A DNA stretch of 64,000 bases from a virus: IMG/VR virus record IMGVR_UViG_3300021602_000003, positions 1 to 64,000 of that record; one strand, 5' to 3'. The position numbers and the translations under genes are program-made. Within the stretch, counting starts at the first letter, position 1; every line of letters starts with the position of its first letter. The notes beneath the pieces were generated by a model. It was given only the letters and a program-made list of their open reading frames with translations. It did not search any database and had not been told where the DNA came from. Of this stretch, positions 56,329 through 64,000 are shown in pieces.

Positions 56329-56946
56329 ATGGCACAGAGTTTTTCAACATTATCCAAATTCGGGGTTCCGATTGACGGACAAAATCAGGGTATTTTACAC
56401 CCTAAACAAAAGTATCGCTTTAGAGTTATGTGGTATGGATTTGGCGATGGAGTCGGTGCAAACACAATGACAGCAAATGTTATGACATGCAGCCGTCCTA
56501 AAGTTACATACGAAGAAGTGAAGTTAGATTCATATAATTCCGTAGCATGGATTGCAGGCAAACACAGCTTTGATCCTCTCGAAATTAAATTGCGTGATGA
56601 TATAACTAATTCAATTGTAGCTAGTGTAGGTGCTCAGGTACAGAAGCAAATGAATCACTTCGAGCAGACAAGCGCATCCGCAGGCATAAATTATAAATTT
56701 TCTATGGAAGTTCATTCGTTGGATGGAACAACAAATGAAGAAATAGAATCCTGGTTCTTAGAAGGTTGCTGGATTAATGCAGCAACATATTCCGAAGCAG
56801 ATTATGCTAGTGGTGATCCACAAGAAGTTACATTAACAATTAGATTTGATAATGCTACAAACTTAGCAGGGAATAATCCTAACTACAATGGACCTGATCC
56901 GTATCCGAACATTCCTAGCCCAACTGGCGGCACAACGTTCGCTTAA
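56329..56946 (+). CDS. Tail tube protein (gp19-like)
   Basis: PKQKYRFRV, RP, AGKH, W.LEGCW, LTIRFDNA; follows the sheath gene. Confidence 0.88.
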   Translation: MAQSFSTLSKFGVPIDGQNQGILHPKQKYRFRVMWYGFGDGVGANTMTANVMTCSRPKVTYEEVKLDSYNSVAWIAGKHSFDPLEIKLRDDITNSIVASVGAQVQKQMNHFEQTSASAGINYKFSMEVHSLDGTTNEEIESWFLEGCWINAATYSEADYASGDPQEVTLTIRFDNATNLAGNNPNYNGPDPYPNIPSPTGGTTFA

Positions 56947-56962
56947 AATTTTTATCTACTTT

Positions 56963-56994
56963 AATATAGGGGCATTTAGCCCCTATATTTTTTT
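56963..56994 (+). terminator. Intrinsic terminator
   Basis: AATATAGGGGC/GCCCCTATATT followed by T-run. Confidence 0.8.
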
Positions 56995-57031
56995 AATTTT
57001 CTATAAATGAAAAGAAGGTAAATAGTACATT

Positions 57032-58267
57032 ATGTCAATTTCCTCTAAATTTTATTATGAGAAATCTTCTCATCATGCTGCGTATAATTTTAATCAGCAA
57101 TCTCCGTCCTTATTTAGAAACCAACCAAGATTTCCGTTTGAGTACTATATTAATATTAATTTAAATAATGTAAGTACAGCACAGTTCTTTATCTCTCAAT
57201 TTTTTAATGGGCCCGACTTAGAGCAGATTATGCCTTTAGTGAAAACAGTTGATATGCCGGCCTTTAAAATTGAAACTGCACCGCTCAATCAATATAATAG
57301 AAAAAGATTAAGTCAGACAAAGATAGCATTCGAACCCATCAAGATGGTATTTCACGATGTGGCTGATGGAAAAACATTAAAGTTTTGGGAAATGTATTAC
57401 AGATATTATTTTATGGATGGTAGCGAACCGGGTAAGAATATAGATAAAGGCAGGAGTAGTTATATACAATCTTTCGGCGGAACCTATTATCAAGATGGCG
57501 GTGGCGCGGGCGCAGGCCGAGGATCGCAAGGTCAGGCATTAGCAAATAGTATATCTTCTTCTACTAATACAGACGGCGAGAAGCAAGGTATACAAAACAT
57601 TGTATCAGATACCCTGGATAATCATAATTTTGGATTTAATTTACCCACAATTCAAAATATAAGAAATTTAATTCAAACAATAGATATATACCAGGTACAT
57701 GGTGGAAGATTTAATCAAGTAACATTAGTAAATCCCAGAATTTCAGCGTTTACTCATGATGTGCTAAGTTATGCGACAAGTGATAAGACACTCGAACTTA
57801 CGTTTACATGGGAATATGAATATGCATACTATACAATACAGAACATGAAGTTGGGTGCGGGAGAGCCAAACAATAATTCTACGATAGATCAATTTAAACA
57901 TGGCGACTTTCTGGAATTGACAAATCTTTCATTTACTCAATATGATCCGGATTTTATAGAAACACCGAACCAACAACCAGATGCACAATTTGTGGCTCGA
58001 GAAAATAACAACCTTCAGGTAGATATCGGAGATGTAACTGATGCAGGCGCCGGCCAGAGTACTTCGCCGTTTGCGGCATCGGACCCGAGACGATTAGATA
58101 TATCCGGAGTTAGAACTAGTTCTAGCGCAATTGCCGGAAGTGTAGATATATCTCCAGCACCAGTTAATATAAAAGATTCTCCCTTAATTCAGACAAGGCC
58201 TTTTAATTCTACTGCAACACCCGACTCGGCGATGTATCCTGATATGAATAGGGCGAGTGGTTCATAA
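57032..58267 (+). CDS. Tube-fold baseplate/tail protein (gp54/gp19-like)
   Basis: VKTVDMP, NQYNRKR, FHD, LVNP.I..F.HD.L.Y. Confidence 0.65.
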   Translation: MSISSKFYYEKSSHHAAYNFNQQSPSLFRNQPRFPFEYYININLNNVSTAQFFISQFFNGPDLEQIMPLVKTVDMPAFKIETAPLNQYNRKRLSQTKIAFEPIKMVFHDVADGKTLKFWEMYYRYYFMDGSEPGKNIDKGRSSYIQSFGGTYYQDGGGAGAGRGSQGQALANSISSSTNTDGEKQGIQNIVSDTLDNHNFGFNLPTIQNIRNLIQTIDIYQVHGGRFNQVTLVNPRISAFTHDVLSYATSDKTLELTFTWEYEYAYYTIQNMKLGAGEPNNNSTIDQFKHGDFLELTNLSFTQYDPDFIETPNQQPDAQFVARENNNLQVDIGDVTDAGAGQSTSPFAASDPRRLDISGVRTSSSAIAGSVDISPAPVNIKDSPLIQTRPFNSTATPDSAMYPDMNRASGS

Positions 58268-58740
58268 TGGCTAATTCTAATATCTCTTCAATCGGTCGCT
58301 TTAGTTCTCAGATGCTAACGTATCTGGGTACACAAAGAACTGTTAAGAATGTATTCGGCGGAGTAGGTAATACATATAAGTATGCAACTGGAACGACAGT
58401 ATTTCCGAGTCCCGGTAGTATTTCTCAGGCTGCGTTAGGTGCCGGCGTACCGGGTAGTTATTCTTTATCCGACTATAATTCGGTATTATGTTATTTTATG
58501 TCAAGAGGTGGCACTAAAGTCTATTCCGAGACAATGACTGGTCTAGCAATAGATATAGCAATTATACTCGGGATATCTCCTGCAGAATTATTAGTTAAAT
58601 CAGAGATTAACGGCCAAACAGTTCTTACGCCCGATGCATATAGGGCATTTAATCTGCTAAGAGATACCGGCAATCAAGTTGGCAAAGCCACCAGCGTCGA
58701 TAATAGATACAGTCTTCAGTCTAGACAGATAAGGTCCTAG
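58267..58740 (+). CDS. Hypothetical protein in the structural module
   Basis: TAATG coupling; ends in TAG directly before the next ATG. Confidence 0.65.
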   Translation: MANSNISSIGRFSSQMLTYLGTQRTVKNVFGGVGNTYKYATGTTVFPSPGSISQAALGAGVPGSYSLSDYNSVLCYFMSRGGTKVYSETMTGLAIDIAIILGISPAELLVKSEINGQTVLTPDAYRAFNLLRDTGNQVGKATSVDNRYSLQSRQIRS

Positions 58741-59178
58741 ATGCGATCTTATGTACAAGGCCAGTATAAACCCATAAATCCAAGTAAATATGTGGGTACT
58801 TATCCCATAATATTTCGCTCATCATGGGAACATAAAGTAATGGTTATGTTCGATACTAATCCTAATATACTAACCTGGGCCAGCGAATCCCTTAAAATAC
58901 CCTATCAGAATCCCTTTACAGGTAAGTATACTGTGTATGTGCCTGATTTTGTGGTTACTTATGTAGACGCTAAAGGTAGTCAGAGAGCAGAGATTATTGA
59001 AGTAAAGCCAGCTAAAGAAACTTTCTTAGAACAAGCAAAGTCTCAAAAGGCTAAGGCAGCAGTCGCATTGAATACATTCAAATGGGCAGCAGCACAAGCA
59101 TTTGCGAAGGCGCATGGGTTGCAATTTCGTGTGATGAATGAAGGTAATATTTTTAATAATCCTAAAGGAAAGGGCTAA
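58741..59178 (+). CDS. Head completion nuclease (T4 gp4-like)
   Basis: NPSKYVG, RSSWE, WASE, YVPDF, IEVKP, KW.AA. Confidence 0.88.
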   Translation: MRSYVQGQYKPINPSKYVGTYPIIFRSSWEHKVMVMFDTNPNILTWASESLKIPYQNPFTGKYTVYVPDFVVTYVDAKGSQRAEIIEVKPAKETFLEQAKSQKAKAAVALNTFKWAAAQAFAKAHGLQFRVMNEGNIFNNPKGKG

Positions 59179-59181
59179 GTT

Positions 59182-59868
59182 TTGACACGCAAAATGGAGT
59201 TATTTTTAGAAAACAAGTATTCTAAATATTATTTTAATATTATAGAGAATGCCAAACATCGAAAACTCGATAATATTTATGTCGAGAAGCATCATATTTT
59301 TCCAAAATCTTTAGGGGGCAAAAATTCTAAAGAAAATTTAGTTATATTAACTGCTAAAGAGCATTTTATTTGTCATTTATTATTAGTTAAGGCAGTGACA
59401 TACGAATATAGAAAGAAAATGAATTATGCATTCTGGAGAATGTGTAATGTATCGGAGAACCGTTATAAACCAACATCACGTTTTTATGAGATGGGTAGAA
59501 GCGGATTTGTAGAATCACAAAAAGGACATCTCCCATATCTTCTTTCACATACGGAATATACAAAATATAAGATAGGAAAAAGCATGTCTATCACATTATC
59601 TAAGTTATCAGTAGAAGAGATGAAAGAGAGAATGATAAATTCTTGTTGTCGGGCCGATGTATATACTGAAGAACGGGCTGCAAAGATTAGTCTGTCGACT
59701 ACTGGTGTAAAGAAAACAAAAACACCACTATTATTAAAAGCAGAGGATGATCGTAGAGACAGGTGCACACTACAAATGCTCCGATGTGCTGCATTAAATA
59801 AAGGAAGAACGTGGCAACTAATCGAAGGTAAGCGTGTCTGGATGGATAGGGTGGCCCAAAATCACTAA
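59182..59868 (+). CDS. HNH homing endonuclease
   Basis: EKHHIFPKSLGG.N...NLV.LTAKEHFICHLLL. Confidence 0.88.
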   Translation: MTRKMELFLENKYSKYYFNIIENAKHRKLDNIYVEKHHIFPKSLGGKNSKENLVILTAKEHFICHLLLVKAVTYEYRKKMNYAFWRMCNVSENRYKPTSRFYEMGRSGFVESQKGHLPYLLSHTEYTKYKIGKSMSITLSKLSVEEMKERMINSCCRADVYTEERAAKISLSTTGVKKTKTPLLLKAEDDRRDRCTLQMLRCAALNKGRTWQLIEGKRVWMDRVAQNH

Positions 59869-59872
59869 ACGT

Positions 59873-60358
59873 ATGGAAGATTTTTTTAATCTGCCACCCG
59901 TTGAATCGGTGGTAGAAGAAGCGCCACCTGGTAAATCTAGGGAAGAACTTATGGTAGAAGCAAGAGAAATTTACTCTTCATTAACAACAGCAGAAAAGGT
60001 GAATTACGCATTACCTACGGTTATCGGTTTAGATACACACGATAATGAAATGGATGATATTTCCCAGAAGGCAATTAAGACATTTGAAGATCTGATTGCA
60101 CTCGGTGGAAATGTGCCCGATATGCACGCCGGTAAGATTTACGAAGTTGGCGCACAAATGCTTAAGATTGCCCTTGAAGCTAAAAATGCAAAGGCAGAAA
60201 GAAAATTAAAGATGATAGATTTGCAACTTAAGAAAGTGCGATCCGAGCAAATAGACTTAGATCAGGGCAATGGCGATAAGCGAGCACCGGGCGGCGCAGA
60301 ATTTGACAGGAATGAGCTACTTAGATATATAGTTAATTCTCAGAAGACCGATAAATAG
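59873..60358 (+). CDS. Helical protein of the packaging module (possibly small-terminase-like)
   Basis: Helical, LKMIDLQLKK, DRNELL; start uncertain (59861 or 59873); function from position only. Confidence 0.5.
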   Translation: MEDFFNLPPVESVVEEAPPGKSREELMVEAREIYSSLTTAEKVNYALPTVIGLDTHDNEMDDISQKAIKTFEDLIALGGNVPDMHAGKIYEVGAQMLKIALEAKNAKAERKLKMIDLQLKKVRSEQIDLDQGNGDKRAPGGAEFDRNELLRYIVNSQKTDK

Positions 60359-60379
60359 TAGCAATATTGGAGTTATCAT

Positions 60380-61051
60380 ATGGCAGAAGAAAAAAAGAAA
60401 TCATTCGCTTCTTACGTTGCTGAAGTTAAGACAGAATACAAGTATGTTTTAAAGTTCGCCGTAAATGAAATGACTGATAATATGGTCGATCAACTCGAGA
60501 CCAGTTTAACAAAATACGATCTTAAGAAAGCATCATCGTTCAGAAAAACACCTATTCAAGAAAGTCCTTTAGATTTTCCTAATATAAAGAATACGGCAGT
60601 TTTTATTTGCGATTTAACGTTGGGTTATCCAGGCTCATTGGATTTTCTAAGAACATACATATGCAATAATTTAGGAATTTCTCCTAGCCAACTTGCCGTA
60701 TATTCCGAAAATGATCCTCGCCAAATAGAAACAGATTTATATTTAGATAGAAATTCTCCAGAATATAAAAAATCTTATAAGGCACGCCTAGGAAGTGAAC
60801 CGGATAATGCAGAAGATGTGCCTTATGGCGCAGCATACAATACAGAATTTCTGAAGGCATTAGATAAAGTAACAAAAGAGAGAAATATTACTATTGTTAC
60901 TAACGCTTTAAGTCCAGCAGCCTCAACAGATCATTCTACCTTAACAAAGAATTATGATAGTTTTAACGATCCAAAGAATTTAAAGAAAGACGACCTAGGA
61001 CTTTTCGGTCGCGTCAAAAAGCCTAGTTTATCTAGAGCAGGAGTTGTATAA
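60380..61051 (+). CDS. Hypothetical late protein
   Basis: GATAAATA and GGAG upstream; KSFASYVAE N-terminus. Confidence 0.65.
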   Translation: MAEEKKKSFASYVAEVKTEYKYVLKFAVNEMTDNMVDQLETSLTKYDLKKASSFRKTPIQESPLDFPNIKNTAVFICDLTLGYPGSLDFLRTYICNNLGISPSQLAVYSENDPRQIETDLYLDRNSPEYKKSYKARLGSEPDNAEDVPYGAAYNTEFLKALDKVTKERNITIVTNALSPAASTDHSTLTKNYDSFNDPKNLKKDDLGLFGRVKKPSLSRAGVV

Positions 61052-62649
61052 TGAATTTACAAAGAATGAAACAATTAGCAGGTATTAAGCTTACAGAGGG
61101 TGTTATGGCGATTCCGGGTATTGGAACGAATAGTGAGTCTGACATGCAAGCCGCCGGGACAGTAGGCCGCAATCAAGACTATGCAGCGTATGATGCATCA
61201 CAGCAACCTGCAACAGAGAGCAAAACACTAGATGAGCTAGTACGAGTAGGCTCAAATATAGATCCGAAGTCCGGTCGTGTTGTCCCCAACAATGAATATG
61301 GAGAACAACATCTGTATAGAAAAACTAAAGGAACTCAAGACTCCAAGACTTGGCGCGATTCTACAGCAAGTGCTTTGCAGGCCGCTCGAAAAAATCCTGC
61401 AAATAAAGGGGCAAAAGCAGATCAAGAAGGCTATACTGCTATGCGGTCGGGACAGGATGCTCTAGGAAATTCAAGGAGATTTTCTGACTCGCCTGAAGTA
61501 GAACTGTCGGTACATCGACGCCCGAGTAAGGAGAGCAAAACACTAGATGAAAAATCTACCTCCGAAAAACAAGCTCGTACAATGGCTGCTGCCGCACATA
61601 ATCCGGAATTTGCTAAAAAAGTAGGCATAAAGCAGGGCGTAGCCAAGGAATTTAATAAAGCAGATACTGGCACTAAACAACTTAGTAATGCTATGAAGGA
61701 AGAAGTAAAGAAAAGCGAAATCCCAGCAGTTCAGCGTAAAGCTGCACAACCGCATGGTGACTGGAAAGTATCGACAGGCGATTTAAAGAAAGAGAACCCA
61801 ACAAATAAAGAATGGTTAGCAAATCGCGCAAAGGAAGTTGGCCTTACAGAACAATCATTTTCGAATTATTCCGACGTAGATGCCGAAATTATGAATATGC
61901 TACAGAGTTCTAGCGATGCCTTTGGCGATCAAGAAGAAACTTTAGTAGAAATATCTCGTTATTTACTAGACCAGGGACTTGATAATGACGAAGTACGTAG
62001 TATAATGGATAGCATAGAAAATTATTTACATGATGAAGATATGCGCGATAACATGGGTGGTGAACAGGATGATTATGATACGGATCCTCGCGAGCCGGAT
62101 GATTATACGAGCGACGGAGAAGCCTTAGCAAGTGCAGGTCACGGTTCAGATGAAGATTATTACAGTGACCCGATGGATGAAAATAATGACGGTATTATTG
62201 ATAAAGCAAAGAATGATGTAGGCATAGATGATCTATTTGATGAAGTAGACGAGATAGTTGACGACGAAGACTACGATGATACGTGCAGAACCTGCGATGG
62301 TACAGGAGAAGGTATGTATGATGGAGCGAGTTGTAGATCTTGTGGCGGTTCGGGTGTGGAAAAAAGAGAAAGAGATCCTGACGATTTTGATGAACCGGAT
62401 GACTATTTTGAGCCATATGATGGCCCTTTTGAAGAGGCAATAGACTTAAATAATGGTTATGGCGGCACTAAGGCAGATGGTCAGGATTATTTCCCTGACG
62501 GTGCAGATGGCCCTGTTGTGAAAAATGCCGGTCCGTCGGGTGCCCGTTATGGTGATAATCCGGAACAGAAAAAAATGCAGGTAGCAGAAGTTCACAAAGA
62601 ACTGGTATATGGCTATAGAGATTATTTAAAAGAGTCGTCTAAGAAATAA
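61051..62649 (+). CDS. Acidic prohead-core-like protein with DnaJ-type Zn finger
   Basis: MKQLAGIKLTE start, multiple L/M-x-E sites, D/E-rich, CRTCDGTG/CRSCGGSG. Confidence 0.55.
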   Translation: MNLQRMKQLAGIKLTEGVMAIPGIGTNSESDMQAAGTVGRNQDYAAYDASQQPATESKTLDELVRVGSNIDPKSGRVVPNNEYGEQHLYRKTKGTQDSKTWRDSTASALQAARKNPANKGAKADQEGYTAMRSGQDALGNSRRFSDSPEVELSVHRRPSKESKTLDEKSTSEKQARTMAAAAHNPEFAKKVGIKQGVAKEFNKADTGTKQLSNAMKEEVKKSEIPAVQRKAAQPHGDWKVSTGDLKKENPTNKEWLANRAKEVGLTEQSFSNYSDVDAEIMNMLQSSSDAFGDQEETLVEISRYLLDQGLDNDEVRSIMDSIENYLHDEDMRDNMGGEQDDYDTDPREPDDYTSDGEALASAGHGSDEDYYSDPMDENNDGIIDKAKNDVGIDDLFDEVDEIVDDEDYDDTCRTCDGTGEGMYDGASCRSCGGSGVEKRERDPDDFDEPDDYFEPYDGPFEEAIDLNNGYGGTKADGQDYFPDGADGPVVKNAGPSGARYGDNPEQKKMQVAEVHKELVYGYRDYLKESSKK

Positions 62650-62650
62650 T

Positions 62651-64000
62651 ATGGCAATTTATCAAGACGACTCACTTGTAAAACGAGCAAATAAAAAGAC
62701 AGATTACACACAGCAACAATTAGATGAGTTAGCGGCATGTTTGCACCCCGAAACAGGCCCCATCTATTTCATGAGCAACTTCATGTATATACAGCATCCT
62801 ACACAAGGACGCCAGAAGTTATCGCTGTACTCTTTTCAAGTAGATCTAATAAACACATATCATAAGTATAGAAAATCTGTTAATATGGTATCCAGACAGA
62901 TGGGTAAAACCACTGTTGCAGCAGGTTATCTGTTATGGTATGCGATGTTTAACGAAGATTCTACAATACTGATTGCATCAAACAAATATGACGGCGCACA
63001 GGAAATTATGCATAGAGTACGGTATGCATACGAATCCATACCGGATCATATTCGGGCAGGTGTAAAGACTTATAATAAACGTTCCATCGATTTTGATAAT
63101 AATTCACGTATTGTGGCAACTACCACCACGGAAAATACAGGTCGAGGTATGTCATTATCATTAGTTTATTTAGACGAATTTGCATTCGTAGAACCAAACA
63201 TAGCTAAAGAATTTTGGACATCATTATCTCCTACCTTGTCTACAGGTGGTAAGTGTATTATTACATCGACACCTAATACTGACGAAGATCAGTTTGCAGA
63301 TATATGGTTCGGAGCAAATAAATTAGTTGATGCAAACGGAAATGAAACAAACATTGGCGTAAATGGGTTCAGACCTTATATGTCTACGTGGGAAGTTCAC
63401 CCTGATAGAGATCAGGCCTGGGCAGATGCGGAACTTGCTGCTTTAGGAGAAGATAGATTCTTGCGTGAACATAAGTGTCAGTTCATTACTTTTGAAGAAA
63501 CACTTATTAATCCCGTTAAGCTTGCTCAGTTGGAACCTACGCAACCTATACGTAAATCAGGACAAGTTAGGTGGTATGCCGATATTAAGCCACATATGAC
63601 ATATGTTGTTTCCTTAGACCCGTCTATGGGGACAGGTGGCGACAATGCAGCAATTCAGGTGTTAGAATTACCTACCCTAGTACAAGTAGCAGAGTGGAGT
63701 AGCAATAAAACACCTATTGAAGAACAAGTAAGAACAATGAAGAAAATCTTACAAGAACTATATGATTTAGCCAAGCCTGAAATGTATTGGTCTGTAGAAA
63801 GCAATTCTTTAGGTGAAGCCGCATTAGTTGTTATCAGGGATACAGGCGAAGAAAACTTCCGCGGTACTATGCTGCACGATCCTAAAAATAGATTACAAGG
63901 TAGATCTGGCCGCAGAGCAGGATTTGTAACTACGAATAAATCAAAATTAGAAGCCTGTGCTAAATTGAAATTCTTAATTGAGTCTGGTAAGTTAACTATA
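62651..64000 (+). CDS. Terminase large subunit (gp17-like), truncated by the window end
   Basis: Walker A SRQMGKT, Walker B VYLDEFAF, ITSTPN, nuclease LDPSMG.GGD; open to the window end. Confidence 0.95.
   Translation, partial: MAIYQDDSLVKRANKKTDYTQQQLDELAACLHPETGPIYFMSNFMYIQHPTQGRQKLSLYSFQVDLINTYHKYRKSVNMVSRQMGKTTVAAGYLLWYAMFNEDSTILIASNKYDGAQEIMHRVRYAYESIPDHIRAGVKTYNKRSIDFDNNSRIVATTTTENTGRGMSLSLVYLDEFAFVEPNIAKEFWTSLSPTLSTGGKCIITSTPNTDEDQFADIWFGANKLVDANGNETNIGVNGFRPYMSTWEVHPDRDQAWADAELAALGEDRFLREHKCQFITFEETLINPVKLAQLEPTQPIRKSGQVRWYADIKPHMTYVVSLDPSMGTGGDNAAIQVLELPTLVQVAEWSSNKTPIEEQVRTMKKILQELYDLAKPEMYWSVESNSLGEAALVVIRDTGEENFRGTMLHDPKNRLQGRSGRRAGFVTTNKSKLEACAKLKFLIESGKLTI

Noticed and set aside
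329-62443. Short antisense or alternate-frame ORFs in the track (e.g. 329-841, 8880-9371, 16431-16793, 20317-20673, 42652-43050)
   Set aside because: They are shadows of well-supported genes and have no motifs.
1-64000. Genome-wide TAG reassignment (code 15)
   Set aside because: Core genes are intact in code 11 and coding density is high; TAG occurs at plausible gene ends.

Overview
AT-rich segment of a large T4-related (jumbo-like) myovirus genome, almost entirely on the + strand. The host is probably a proteobacterium, inferred from Bug/TctC, TAXI, PstS with a pho box, an OMP and spanins. From left to right it holds: (i) a ~13.5-kb cluster of eight PP-loop (AsnB/QueC-like) enzymes with a radical SAM enzyme, sulfotransferase, methyltransferase, GNATs and two Bug/TctC-like binding proteins; (ii) spanins, a permuted two-piece tmRNA, pstS and an OMP; (iii) a translation/RNA-repair region with a Pth2-like hydrolase, an amber (CUA) tRNA, an AUG-AAA-UAG minigene, a DRB0094-type RNA ligase, and a DUF2828/vWA (Ro60-like) gene surrounded by six stem-closed 'CAGCAA' RNAs, two of which have a YrlA-like permuted tRNA domain; (iv) rIIA/rIIB and a virion module (neck, dNMP kinase, sheath, tube, gp4-like protein, partial large terminase). 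Nine tRNAs and about ten free-standing homing-type endonucleases are scattered through the window, and several of the endonucleases leave recoded duplications of their target. The best candidates for an undescribed system are the DUF2828 plus non-canonical Y-like RNA array and the amber-gated minigene/Pth2/suppressor-tRNA cassette. All calls come from reading motifs by eye; no database searches were run.
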